Shown in pieces: positions 29,336 through 39,432 of a DNA stretch of 64,000 bases. The stretch's first letter is position 1. Each line of letters begins with the position of its first letter. The stretch comes from Myxococcales bacterium. GTDB lineage: Bacteria; Myxococcota_A; Polyangia; Polyangiales; DASUME01. The stretch spans positions 4,192,001 through 4,256,000 of the forward strand of contig JASGJH010000001.1 in assembly GCA_047601445.1 (NCBI GenBank). Direction: 5' to 3'. Under the pieces are notes generated by a model. That model saw nothing but the letters and a program-made list of their open reading frames with translations. It was not told the origin of the DNA and ran no database searches. The position numbers and the translations under genes were made by a program.

Positions 29336-32300
29336 ATGTTCGCGCGATTTCTACACCGGCCTGCACTGGCGATCGTAATTTCGCTACTCATTCTATTCAT
29401 GGGTGGCCTCTCGATCAAGATGCTGCCGATCTCGCAGTTTCCCGACGTCGCGCCGCCCACAGTGCGCGTGTCGGTGTCCTATCCGGGCGCCAGCGCCAAG
29501 ATCCTGGTCGATTCGACGTTGACCATCCTGGAGCAGGCCATCAACGGCGTCCCCTACATGCGTTACATGACGGGCGACGCCACCAGCGCCGGCGAAGGGA
29601 CGATCACCATCATCTTCGAGCCGGGCACGGACCCGGACAACGCGGTCATGCAGGTGAACAACCGCGTTCTGGCGGTGAAGAACCAGCTCCCTGAGATCGT
29701 GCAGCGCGAGGGCCTCATCGTTCTGCAGAACATGACCAGCATGCTGATGTACGTGAACGTCTTCAGCACGGACCCCACGGTCGACCAGAACTTTTTGTAC
29801 AACTTCACGGCCGTCAACATCCAGCGCGACCTCAAGCGCATCCCAGGCGTGGGTCGCGCCGAGATCCTCGGCAACCGCGCCTACGCCATGCGCGTCGAGC
29901 TGGATCCCGACCGCATGCGCGCCTACCGGGTGTCCGCCGAAGACGTCATGAAGGCCCTCGCCGACCAGAGCATGATCGGCTCGCCCGGACGACTCGGCCA
30001 GGCCACGGGAAAGAAGTCGCAGACCCTCGAATACGTGCTGACCTGGATCGGACGCTACACGACCGAGGCGGAGTACGGGGAGATCATCCTGCGAGCCAAC
30101 CCCGACGGCCAAATTCTGAAGCTGAAAGACGTCGCCGAGATCAGCCTGGGCTCGTCCTTTTACGACCTCTACTCGGACCTCGACGGCTACCCCTCGGCAG
30201 CCATCGTGCTCAAGCAAATCCCCGGCTCCAACGCCGCGGACGTCATCAAAGAGGTCAAGGCCAAGCTCGCGGAGATCAAGGGGACGAGTTTCCCGCCGGG
30301 GATGGACTACAAGATCACCTACGACGTTTCGGGCTTCCTCGACGCGTCCATCGAGAAGGTCCTCCACACCCTGTTCGAAGCCTTCATCCTCGTGTCGCTG
30401 GTGGTGTTCCTGTTCCTGGGTGACTTCCGCAGCACCTTGATTCCTACCCTGGCTGTTCCCGTCTCGTTGATCGGAACCTTCTTCTTCATGCGCGCCTTCG
30501 GCATGTCGATCAACTTGATCACGCTCTTCGCGTTGGTGCTCGCGATCGGCGTCGTGGTGGATGACGCCATCGTGGTGGTCGAGGCCGTGCACGAGAAGAT
30601 GGCCACCAAACACCTCTCGCCCTACGACGCCACCATGGAGGTCGTGCACGAGATCAGCGGCGCCATCATCGCTATTACTCTCGTGATGACCGCCGTGTTC
30701 ATCCCCGTGACCTTCGTTCCCGGGCCGGTGGGTGTGTTCTACCGCCAGTTCGGCATCACCATGGCCACGGCCATCGTGCTCTCTGGTCTGGTCGCCCTGA
30801 CGCTCACGCCGGTGCTCTGCGCGATGATCCTGAAGCCGCACGGTCACGGCGAAGCGCCCTCGGGGCTGCTCGGCATCGTGAGCCGTCGTATCGATGCATC
30901 AGGCAGCAAGGCTCCCGTCGTGCGTGCCGTGGCCAGCGCGCTGCTCGGTCTCATCGTCGCGGTCGCTGCCTACTTCACGCTTCACAACGAGGTCGTCCAC
31001 GAGCTGGTCAGCGAGCAGGTCGAGCTCACGTCGGTCAAGGTCCTCGTGATCACCGCTATCGTCGCGGTGTTCGCTTTCTTGTCGTTCCGCGCCAAGCTCT
31101 CGGGAAGCGATGCCGCGGGCGAGCAGAAGCGCGGACCGATCGGGGTTTTCCTGAAGCACTTCGACCGCGCAGTGAACAAGGTCACCGCCGTCTACGCGGC
31201 CATCGTGGGGCGGATCATCTCGCGACGCCTCCTCACCATGCTCATCATCGGCGGGTTCTGCTTCGGCATTCTGACCGTGAACAAGGTGCTTCCCAGCGGC
31301 TTCATCCCGCTGGAAGACCAGGGCATGATCTACGGCATCATCCAGACGCCCCCGGGTTCGACGCTCGAGTACACCAACTCCAAGAGCCATGAGCTGGCCG
31401 AACTCGCCCGCGAGTTGGAAGAGGTGACCGCCGTCGCTTCGGTTGCCGGTTACGAGGTTCTCACCGAGGGACGTGGTTCCAACTCGGGCACCGTGCTCAT
31501 CAACTTGAAGCCATGGGCCGAGCGCAAGAGCACGTCCAAGCAGATCATCGAAGAGCTCGAGCACCGAGGGAAGAAGATCGCCAACGTCAAGCTCGAGTTC
31601 TTCGAGCCACCCGCGGTCCCGGGCTTCGGTGTGGCCGGCGGCTTCACGGTCAACCTGCTCGATAAGACGAACAGCTCGGGCTACGGAGGGCTCGCGGAGC
31701 AGACGGAAAAGTTCATGAAGGCCTTGTCCGAGCGCAAGGAGCTCAAGGGTCTGTTCACCTTCTTTGCCTCCACGTACCCGCAGTACGAGATCCTGATCGA
31801 CAATCGGGCAGCCATGCAGAAGGGCGTGTCGATCCGCGACGCGATGGACAACCTTTCCATCATGGTGGGTAGCACCTGGGAGCAGGGCTTCGTGCGCTTC
31901 GGCCAGTTCTACAAGGTCTACGTGCAAGCCAAGCCGGAGTTTCGGCGCTTCCCCAAGGACCTCGACAACTTCTTCGTCAAGAACGACAAGGGCGACATGG
32001 TCCCCTACTCCGCGTTCATGAAGCTCAAGAAGTTGCAGGGCTTGAACGAGATCAGCCGCTACAACCTCTATCCGACCGCCATCATTCAGGGCGAGGCCGC
32101 CAAGGGCTACAGCAGCGGTCAGGCCATTCAAGCGGTCAAGGAGGTCGCCGCCGCGACGCTGACGCGTGGCTTCGACATCGGCTGGGCCGGCCTCTCCTAC
32201 GACGAAGAGAAGGCGGGCAACGACGCGCTGTACATCTTCCTGGTCGTCGTCGTGTTCGTGTACTTGGTCTTGGTCGGCCAGTACGAGAGCTTCCTGATCC

Positions 32301-32812
32301 CGCTGGGCGTGCTGATGAGTTTGCCCATCGGCATCTTCGGTTCGTTCTTGTTCCTGAAGCTCATGGGGTTGTCGAACGACGTCTACTGCCAGATAGGCTT
32401 GGTCATGTTGGTCGGCCTGCTCGGGAAGAACGCGATTCTGATCATCGAGTTCGCCATCCAGCGTCGGCAGGAAGGGTTGAGCATCATCGAGGCGGGCATC
32501 GAAGGTGCGCGCCTGCGTTTCAGGCCGATTCTGATGACCTCGTTCGCCTTCATCGTCGGCTTGATTCCGCTGGTGCGCGCCACCGGCGCCGGAGCGCTCG
32601 GCAACAAGACCATCGGCTCGACCGGCGTCGGCGGCATGTTACTCGGCACGATCCTCGGCGTCTTCGTGATTCCCGGGCTCTATTACATCGTCGCGAAGCT
32701 CTCGGACGGCCGCAAGCTGATCCGGGCGCAGAACAAGACCCCCCTCTCCGAGGAGGTCGAAGGCGGTCAAGGCTCCGCGGGGCCCCATGCGCACGGCAGC
32801 ATGATCCCGTAG
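29336..32812 (+). CDS. RND efflux permease, HAE1/AcrB family
   Basis: QFPDVAPP, YPGASA, LAIGVVVDDAIVVVE, LTLTPVLC, GLLGKNAILIIEFA, RFRPILMTS. Confidence 0.96.
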   Translation: MFARFLHRPALAIVISLLILFMGGLSIKMLPISQFPDVAPPTVRVSVSYPGASAKILVDSTLTILEQAINGVPYMRYMTGDATSAGEGTITIIFEPGTDPDNAVMQVNNRVLAVKNQLPEIVQREGLIVLQNMTSMLMYVNVFSTDPTVDQNFLYNFTAVNIQRDLKRIPGVGRAEILGNRAYAMRVELDPDRMRAYRVSAEDVMKALADQSMIGSPGRLGQATGKKSQTLEYVLTWIGRYTTEAEYGEIILRANPDGQILKLKDVAEISLGSSFYDLYSDLDGYPSAAIVLKQIPGSNAADVIKEVKAKLAEIKGTSFPPGMDYKITYDVSGFLDASIEKVLHTLFEAFILVSLVVFLFLGDFRSTLIPTLAVPVSLIGTFFFMRAFGMSINLITLFALVLAIGVVVDDAIVVVEAVHEKMATKHLSPYDATMEVVHEISGAIIAITLVMTAVFIPVTFVPGPVGVFYRQFGITMATAIVLSGLVALTLTPVLCAMILKPHGHGEAPSGLLGIVSRRIDASGSKAPVVRAVASALLGLIVAVAAYFTLHNEVVHELVSEQVELTSVKVLVITAIVAVFAFLSFRAKLSGSDAAGEQKRGPIGVFLKHFDRAVNKVTAVYAAIVGRIISRRLLTMLIIGGFCFGILTVNKVLPSGFIPLEDQGMIYGIIQTPPGSTLEYTNSKSHELAELARELEEVTAVASVAGYEVLTEGRGSNSGTVLINLKPWAERKSTSKQIIEELEHRGKKIANVKLEFFEPPAVPGFGVAGGFTVNLLDKTNSSGYGGLAEQTEKFMKALSERKELKGLFTFFASTYPQYEILIDNRAAMQKGVSIRDAMDNLSIMVGSTWEQGFVRFGQFYKVYVQAKPEFRRFPKDLDNFFVKNDKGDMVPYSAFMKLKKLQGLNEISRYNLYPTAIIQGEAAKGYSSGQAIQAVKEVAAATLTRGFDIGWAGLSYDEEKAGNDALYIFLVVVVFVYLVLVGQYESFLIPLGVLMSLPIGIFGSFLFLKLMGLSNDVYCQIGLVMLVGLLGKNAILIIEFAIQRRQEGLSIIEAGIEGARLRFRPILMTSFAFIVGLIPLVRATGAGALGNKTIGSTGVGGMLLGTILGVFVIPGLYYIVAKLSDGRKLIRAQNKTPLSEEVEGGQGSAGPHAHGSMIP

Positions 32813-33135
32813 CCGCAGCGCGGACGAACCGAACGGGTAATCGACGCCCCGCAAAGCGCAGCCGCCAGAGGTCTTGCAGCCTGCGCATCAGCGAGCTTCG
32901 CGGCATTCGGCGACTCGCGCCGATCACCCCATCACCCCACCTTTTGGCACCGTCTGCTCACGCCCGTTGATTGCGCGAGAGCGCTCAGGTACTGGTTGCG
33001 CCGGGGAAACTGCACTCGTGGTTCGCGGCGGCGCACCGCATCGGGACGCCGCTGCAGTCATGTGCGCGTCAGCACCGAGTCTCCGCAGCGATGCGAAGAC
33101 TTGGCGTTGCCGTCTTGCACGCGTTGGGGGAAAAA

Positions 33136-33939
33136 ATGAGTCTGAAAGTGCTGTTCGGAGTCAAGCCATTTGGAAGAGCTCTGCTGCCAACCTGTCTCTT
33201 TGCACTGGCCAGCGCGACGAGCTGCGCCGAGGTCGGCCCTGATGGAGAGCCTCTGGAAACCGACGGAGAGGTCGAGGGTACGAGCCAAGCGATCGAGGCG
33301 AATTCTTCGGTGGTGATCAGCCAGCTCTACGTGGACATCAGCGGGTCGTCCGGCAACAGCGTGACGCAGCCGTACAACCGTGACTTCATCGAGATCTTCA
33401 ATCGCGGTAATCACGCGGTTTCGCTCAACGGTTGGTCGATCCAGTACGCGTCCGCCGTCGGAACCGGCCTCTTCGGAGGGTCGAACAATCTCATTACGCC
33501 GCTGCCCAACGTCTCGCTACAAGCAGGCCAGTACATGCTCATCCAGGGGACCTTCGGCCCGGGCTCGAGCACCACGCCCCTCCCCTCGCCGTTCGTTGCC
33601 GATCCCGACCAAGCGATCGACATGGCGCGAGCGGGCGGCAAGGTTGCTCTCGCGAAGATTGCGACCTCGGTCGGCTGCAACGGCGGTAGCGCCAGCTCGA
33701 CTCCTTGCACCGCGGCACAGCTGGCGAACATCGTCGACGTCGTCGGCTACGGCAGCGCGAACTACTACGAAGGCGCGCTGGGAACCGCCGCGGTTCCCAA
33801 CGGGAGTGCTCTGTGGAGAAGCTTCGACGGTTGCTGGGACACCAACAGCAGCAGCGTCGACTGGGTCGTACAGGCTCCTGCGCCGCGGACGACCGCCACG
33901 CCCGTGCACAACTGCGGACTCAGCGGCACCACTCCGTGA
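33136..33939 (+). CDS. Lamin-tail-domain lipoprotein
   Basis: ATSC lipobox; VVISQLY, DFIEIFNRG, VSLNGWSIQYAS, IVDVVGYG, DTNSSSVDW. Confidence 0.8.
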   Translation: MSLKVLFGVKPFGRALLPTCLFALASATSCAEVGPDGEPLETDGEVEGTSQAIEANSSVVISQLYVDISGSSGNSVTQPYNRDFIEIFNRGNHAVSLNGWSIQYASAVGTGLFGGSNNLITPLPNVSLQAGQYMLIQGTFGPGSSTTPLPSPFVADPDQAIDMARAGGKVALAKIATSVGCNGGSASSTPCTAAQLANIVDVVGYGSANYYEGALGTAAVPNGSALWRSFDGCWDTNSSSVDWVVQAPAPRTTATPVHNCGLSGTTP

Positions 33940-34091
33940 CGAGTGAACCGCGGCCCGCGTGACGGACAGATAACATCATGCGCGCGCCGAGACACACTCC
34001 CCGGCGCGGTCGGAACCGCTGAGGCCCAAGATGCGGGCCCGAGGGCCGCTCCCCTTGTCAACGCGATGAGCGCTGCCAAGCTGGCGCCACG

Positions 34092-34847
34092 ATGTGGGTT
34101 GTCCGCCGTCCCCAGCACGTGCTCGTCGGAGAGTCTCTCCCCAAGCCGTCCCAACTCCATTCGCATCATGTGCTGCAGCTGACGCTCAGCGTGAGTGGGC
34201 TGCTCATGCCCGTCATCGCTGGCGTGGCCTTGCCGCCGGCCGCGGGCATCTTGGTGGGCTCGAATGTGCCGCACACGCTGTCTGGCCACGTGGTGCACGT
34301 GTTCGTGGATCCGCTGGAGCCGCTCGGCCTACGCTTGCGCGGTCTGCTCGGCGCGCGCCCCTATCTCGCGGTGGATCCCCGACAGGCGGCGAGCTTTTGG
34401 GGGGGCGACGCGCGAGCCTGGCTCGAGGGCTCGCCCTTTCCGGACTCGGACGAGCCGGTGGAGCATTTGCTGGCGGAGCTCGAGCGCGGCCACGGAAATG
34501 CCTCGATAGCGCCCCCCGACGGTCGCATTCGCAGTGTCATCGCCACGCTCAAGGGTAGCCTCGACGTGCGCGCTCCCCTGGAGCTGCTGGCGGACGTCGC
34601 GCGCCTGTCTCCGACTCGCCTCACCCATCTGTTCACCGAACAGGTGGGGATGCCCATCAAGCAGTACGTGGTCTGGCTACGCCTGGTGGCCGTGCTGGAG
34701 GCGCTGCGCCCAGGCAAGCAGCTCGGCGCGCTCGCCCACGACACGGGCTTTCCGGATCAGGCCGCCTTCAACCGCACGTATCGCAAAGCCTGGGGCCGCA
34801 CCCCGTCGTCCTTCGCCCGCTCGAACGCCGTTCGAAGCGCAACGTAG
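34092..34847 (+). CDS. AraC-family transcriptional regulator
   Basis: LSPTRLTHLFTEQVGMPIKQYVVWLRL; AHDTGFPDQAAFNRTYRKAWGRTPS. Confidence 0.9.
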   Translation: MWVVRRPQHVLVGESLPKPSQLHSHHVLQLTLSVSGLLMPVIAGVALPPAAGILVGSNVPHTLSGHVVHVFVDPLEPLGLRLRGLLGARPYLAVDPRQAASFWGGDARAWLEGSPFPDSDEPVEHLLAELERGHGNASIAPPDGRIRSVIATLKGSLDVRAPLELLADVARLSPTRLTHLFTEQVGMPIKQYVVWLRLVAVLEALRPGKQLGALAHDTGFPDQAAFNRTYRKAWGRTPSSFARSNAVRSAT

Positions 34848-34931
34848 CCGCTCGCATCAATCGCGCCGGAGCCCCGTCCGGCAGGCTCGCCGTGCCGCTT
34901 CCCCCATGGGTTCGGCGAGCGAGGAAATACG

Positions 34932-36491
34932 ATGGGAAAGACCTCAACCATTCTTGCTTGTGTGGGCGCGGGCCTGCTGTTTGGCGCCTGCGGTGATCCC
35001 CAGTTTTTCTATACCTACGTGTTCAGCGAACTCAGCGACCGCATCGAGACGCGTGACCCGATCCCCCCAGCCAAGACCTACGTGGACGCCCATAACGCGG
35101 CCCCCACGGTCATGGACATGCACGCGGACAGTCTGGCCGCGCCGGACGAGGGCACCTACCTCGAGCGCTTGCTGACCAACCCGGACCGCGATGGCCACGT
35201 GGACGTACCGCGCTTGATCAAGGGCAACGTCGCGCTGCAGGTGTTCGCGGCCACCTCCAAGGCGTCGCTTGACACCCTCGCGGACGCGGTGCCGGGGCTC
35301 ACGGACCCGTTCGTGGACGACGCGGGTGTGGCGCACTCGCGCTACGGCTTCGAGCGCGATCCCAACGTGCCGGAGTACGACGACCTGGCCGCCCCCTATG
35401 CGCGAAGCTACGCGGACGCGCCGTACTGGATGCCGCGCGACGTGGGCACCTACTTCTTCCGCATGGCCGGACAGCCCTGCCGGACCTGGTATGAGGACGG
35501 CAACTGGCCCGCCGAGACCTGGGGCCCCACCCCGCCCTGCCCTGATTTCGACCCTGCGCGCACGTACATCGAGCGTCTGCTCGTGATGGCCCGCCGGCTC
35601 AAGGCCGCGGACGATGCCGACGCGCGCCTGTTCATGGTGCGCTCGCGGGCCGAGTTGAATGCCTTTCTGGCCCTGCGCTCGGTCAACCGCGGCATCGTGG
35701 CCGCCCTGCTCTCCAGCGAAGGCATCTACTTTCGTAGCGACGCCTCGACCAGCGCAGGCCAAGCGCGCCTGCGCGCCACCTTCGACGAGCTGTTCGACGC
35801 GGGCTTCCGCATGTTCTCGCTCACGCACTTCATGGACAACGACCATGGTGGCTCCTCCACCGGCATGGGCAACGCGCGCAGCGAGGATGGACGCGGGCTC
35901 TCCCCGGCCGGCAAGCTGTTCGCCGAACTGAGCCTAGGCCGCGGCGCCGTCCTCGACGTAGCTCACGCCTCCCATGCCACCGTCGCGGACCTCGCTCAGC
36001 TCGCGCGCAGCTATCAAAAGCCTCTGGTTTTCTCGCACGGCGGTCTGCGCGACATCCCCGGTGTCGATGGCGCATGCGTGAACCCGCGCAACCTCGATGC
36101 CGCGCAGATCGCGGACATCGCCTCGACCGGCGGCGTGGTGGGTATCGGCTACGCAGAGGAATTCGTGTGCGACACTGCGCCCAGCGCCTGGGCGCGCGCG
36201 GTGCGCCATGCCGTCGATGCCATCGACGCGGCCCAGGTGCGACTCCACAAGAATCCCGCCAATCCCGTGCTGCGCGGCGTGGATCACGTGGGCCTGGGCT
36301 CGGACTACGATGGCGGCATCAAGCCGTACACGGACGTGGCCAACCTGAACCAGTACACGCGCGCGCTGATGTGCTCGCAGACCTGGTACTCGCCCAATTG
36401 CCTGGATCGACCGTTCACCCAAGCCGAGGTCAACAAGATCCTCGGCGCCAACACCCTGCGGGTGCTCCAAGCCACCCTGCCAGCCAACTGA
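34932..36491 (+). CDS. Membrane dipeptidase (M19) family lipoprotein
   Basis: FGAC; DMHADSL, GHVDVPRL, SSEG, LTHFMDN, LDVAHAS, SHGG, GLGSDYDG, ILGANTLRVL. Confidence 0.88.
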   Translation: MGKTSTILACVGAGLLFGACGDPQFFYTYVFSELSDRIETRDPIPPAKTYVDAHNAAPTVMDMHADSLAAPDEGTYLERLLTNPDRDGHVDVPRLIKGNVALQVFAATSKASLDTLADAVPGLTDPFVDDAGVAHSRYGFERDPNVPEYDDLAAPYARSYADAPYWMPRDVGTYFFRMAGQPCRTWYEDGNWPAETWGPTPPCPDFDPARTYIERLLVMARRLKAADDADARLFMVRSRAELNAFLALRSVNRGIVAALLSSEGIYFRSDASTSAGQARLRATFDELFDAGFRMFSLTHFMDNDHGGSSTGMGNARSEDGRGLSPAGKLFAELSLGRGAVLDVAHASHATVADLAQLARSYQKPLVFSHGGLRDIPGVDGACVNPRNLDAAQIADIASTGGVVGIGYAEEFVCDTAPSAWARAVRHAVDAIDAAQVRLHKNPANPVLRGVDHVGLGSDYDGGIKPYTDVANLNQYTRALMCSQTWYSPNCLDRPFTQAEVNKILGANTLRVLQATLPAN

Positions 36492-36508
36492 AAAGAGGAG
36501 CAATCGAC

Positions 36509-37771
36509 ATGAAAAAGACCCTTTGGATGGGTGGTTCCTTGCTCGGACTCACGCTGCTCGGTGCGAGCGCGCTGCAGTCGCCTGCTCAGGCGGCCGCGGC
36601 CAACTGCCCCGCGTTCACCTGGCAGAGCCTCTGGTACGGGCTCGAGTGGTCGATCCTGGCCTTCGCGCCTTCCACCCAGAATCAAGCGGGCGTGCAGGGC
36701 ATTCCGCCCGCGGACGAGCTCGCCACCGGAACCCGCGATCGCAGCACCGAAAAGCGCATCCTCCTGTTCGGCGACCTCCTGCCCATGCAGAAGGACACGC
36801 CTCCACGCGCGAGCCCGGAAGTGCGCGCGCTCTTCGCGTCCGCGGACTTGATCCTGGGCAACATCGAGTCCCCCGTCTACCAGATCAAGACCTGGTACAC
36901 GCAACACGGCCTCGACCTAAACGCCGACCAGACAGGTGATTTCCACGCCTCCACCGGCTTCGTGCGCTCGTTCATGGACCAGTACTGCATGAATCCCGCG
37001 AAGGCCGTCTTCACGGTCGCCAACAATCACGCGGGCGACCGCGACCAGGCGGGCTGGGACGAGACCGTGCGCGCCACCGCAGCCATGGGCGTGCGCGGTA
37101 TCGTCGGAACGCGGACCAGCAGCGATGGGTCTGGCCGTGCGAGCATGGGCAGCTTCGATCTCGGCGCGGGGCTCAAGGTCGGCGTGGTCGGCTGGACCCA
37201 GGAAGAGAACTGCCCGCTCGACAACGCCTGGGCGCGCTATGCGGACATCGACGCTGCGGGCGCCAACGCGGTGAATTGGAACACGCTGAAGCAGCAGAAC
37301 GGCATCGATCTGTTGATCGGCATCCCGCACTGGGGCCCCCAGTTCCATTTCTATCCCGAGGCCGCCATCTACGACGAAGCAGAGAGCCTCACTGCTCGCG
37401 GCTTCGACCTCATCAGCGGTACCGGCCCCAGCGTCCTACAGCCAGCGGAGCTCTTTCCGGGCGGCATTACGTTCTTCAGCCAGGGCAGCGTGAACGCGAA
37501 CTTCTCCCTCAATGGCACCACGTTCTTGATCCCGGTCGTGGAAATCCTCGTGGATCCCGCGGGCCGCGTGGTCGAGTACAACGTGCACGCGTTCGCGCAG
37601 CGCAAGGTGAGCACCAGCTTGCCGAGCCTCATCGTCTGCCCGGACGGGCGCTGGGTCACTGACCAGGCGCGCGCCACGGATTGGGAGGTCGTGCCGCTCG
37701 AGCAGATCTCCAACACCTGGGGCACGCGGGACGCGCTGCAGCGGGATCTGGATCGGGTGTTTCCGCGGTAG
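36509..37771 (+). CDS. Secreted CapA/PGA_cap-family metallophosphoesterase
   Basis: GAGGAG RBS; signal peptide; LFGDL, ADLILGNIESP, VANNHAGD, PHWG, GFDLISGTGP. Confidence 0.82.
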   Translation: MKKTLWMGGSLLGLTLLGASALQSPAQAAAANCPAFTWQSLWYGLEWSILAFAPSTQNQAGVQGIPPADELATGTRDRSTEKRILLFGDLLPMQKDTPPRASPEVRALFASADLILGNIESPVYQIKTWYTQHGLDLNADQTGDFHASTGFVRSFMDQYCMNPAKAVFTVANNHAGDRDQAGWDETVRATAAMGVRGIVGTRTSSDGSGRASMGSFDLGAGLKVGVVGWTQEENCPLDNAWARYADIDAAGANAVNWNTLKQQNGIDLLIGIPHWGPQFHFYPEAAIYDEAESLTARGFDLISGTGPSVLQPAELFPGGITFFSQGSVNANFSLNGTTFLIPVVEILVDPAGRVVEYNVHAFAQRKVSTSLPSLIVCPDGRWVTDQARATDWEVVPLEQISNTWGTRDALQRDLDRVFPR

Positions 37772-37787
37772 TGACGAGGCTTCCAAT

Positions 37788-39410
37788 CTACTCCAGCCGA
37801 TTCACCCACACGCGCGGATGCATCCCATCCGACGCAATCCATGCCGCCGTCGCGACACCGTTCCCATTTACTGCGACCACTGGCTCGCTAGCCGAGCCCA
37901 TGTCCTGGTCCTCGATCAGCGCCGCCTGCCCCCAGCTCACCGACTTTGCCGAGAAGCGGTTCGCCCACACATTGTCGCGTGTATTGTCGGACTGAACCCA
38001 GATCGCGAGCCCGTTACCCACGGCGTCGACCCCGATGGCGGGCGTCGACGCGGTTCGGTCGTCGCTTTCGATGGTGATTTCGGCATCCCAGCCTGCCTCC
38101 CTGGTGTAGCGCCTGGCACGGATGTCCGAGTGCGTCCCGGCTGGGTGGCTCCAGACCGCAAATACCGCACCTGCTCCGTTGGTCACCATGGCCGGTTCGA
38201 TCGCGGGCAGCGAGGCCACCGGCGCAGACGGCGTCGGACACGCTGCCCATCCGCAACCTGCTGCCCGGAAGCTGCCCTTGTCGTTGTACAGGATGGTGGC
38301 ATTGCCTGCGTCGTCGAGCACGGCTAGCCCGGTCGAGTAGCTCTGCACGATCGGTGACGCGCCCCATGCTCCCCCGGCCGGGCGATGCCCTAGGTTCACA
38401 GTGGGTTGGCTTTCCGTGGTTGTATAAGTCAGGCAGGCATCTCCGCCGTGGTTGACGGCGATTTTTGCCACCGTCGACGAACTGTTGATGTAGTTGAGCC
38501 GCTCGTCGCTTCCCCACAGCCCTGTCGGCGAGCAGCGATTAACGAACAACGCGTACGACGTGTCGTAGTGCTCGATCCAGCTGAGATGAACGGTCCCGTC
38601 CTGAGCAACCGCCAGTTGCGGATTGATCATGTCCGAGGAACTCGTAAGCACCTGCACATTGTTCGGCGCACTCCAGCCCTTCGACTGCGTGTGGCGCGCT
38701 GCCTGCACACGCTGGCGCGTTCCATCGAAGCCTTGCCAGGCCGCGGTCGCGTTGCCATCCGCGTCCATCACGATTTCGGGGTTGATGGCATCCCCCGTGT
38801 CGTCCTTTTCGACCAGCTGCGGCGCGCCCCAGCCCTCATCGGGCGTGTAGCGGCTCGACCAGATGTTCTTGCGGACTCCGTCGAGCTGCTGCCACACGAC
38901 CATCGCCTCACCCGCGCCATTCATGGCCACCGCCGGGTTGGCGGCCTCCCCGCTTGCACCGGACACCGCGCTTCCCGAGGACACCCATGTTCGCATGCGG
39001 CACGCATGGCCCGCGCTGTCGGGCACGTGGTCGAAATCGCACTCGCACGCGTAATCGCCGATCTGATTGTGACAGGCCACCGCTCCTTCCCCGCAGCGTG
39101 TAGAAACGTCGATGCTAGAGCATTCATCGATGTCGATACACTCCTGACCCAACGGGCTGTACCCCGCGCTGCAGGTAGTCTGCGGCGAGCCCGGTTCCTC
39201 CGCTGACCCGCCGTCTGCCCCCACCTCGGCGTCCGTGCTCGTCAAATTCTCCGAGGGCCCTGCATCTGCATCGAGCCGGCCGCCGCCGTCCAAACCGGCG
39301 CCCGCGCCAGCGTCGACGGCCCTCCGCTCCGGATTGCTCGACCAGCTCAAGACGCAGCCGTCGAGTAGGCACACGATCGGGGCAACGAGCGCCATCATTC
39401 GGCGTGACAT
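37788..39410 (-). CDS. Lipoprotein with calcium-binding EGF-like domain and ~48-aa propeller-type repeats
   Basis: LDGC; CIDIDEC...CHNQIGDYACEC; repeated PxVAMxxxGxAxxxW...IWxxRY...GW. Confidence 0.85.
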   Translation of the reverse strand: MSRRMMALVAPIVCLLDGCVLSWSSNPERRAVDAGAGAGLDGGGRLDADAGPSENLTSTDAEVGADGGSAEEPGSPQTTCSAGYSPLGQECIDIDECSSIDVSTRCGEGAVACHNQIGDYACECDFDHVPDSAGHACRMRTWVSSGSAVSGASGEAANPAVAMNGAGEAMVVWQQLDGVRKNIWSSRYTPDEGWGAPQLVEKDDTGDAINPEIVMDADGNATAAWQGFDGTRQRVQAARHTQSKGWSAPNNVQVLTSSSDMINPQLAVAQDGTVHLSWIEHYDTSYALFVNRCSPTGLWGSDERLNYINSSSTVAKIAVNHGGDACLTYTTTESQPTVNLGHRPAGGAWGASPIVQSYSTGLAVLDDAGNATILYNDKGSFRAAGCGWAACPTPSAPVASLPAIEPAMVTNGAGAVFAVWSHPAGTHSDIRARRYTREAGWDAEITIESDDRTASTPAIGVDAVGNGLAIWVQSDNTRDNVWANRFSAKSVSWGQAALIEDQDMGSASEPVVAVNGNGVATAAWIASDGMHPRVWVNRLE

Positions 39411-39432
39411 GGGGTACCCGTCTTCTAAGGCG

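Noticed and set aside
29393..32131. Long - strand ORFs inside the RND gene
   Set aside because: Antisense shadows with no motifs
32945..32960. TGGCAC...TGC as a sigma-54 promoter
   Set aside because: GG-to-GC spacing is 2 bp shorter than the -24/-12 requirement
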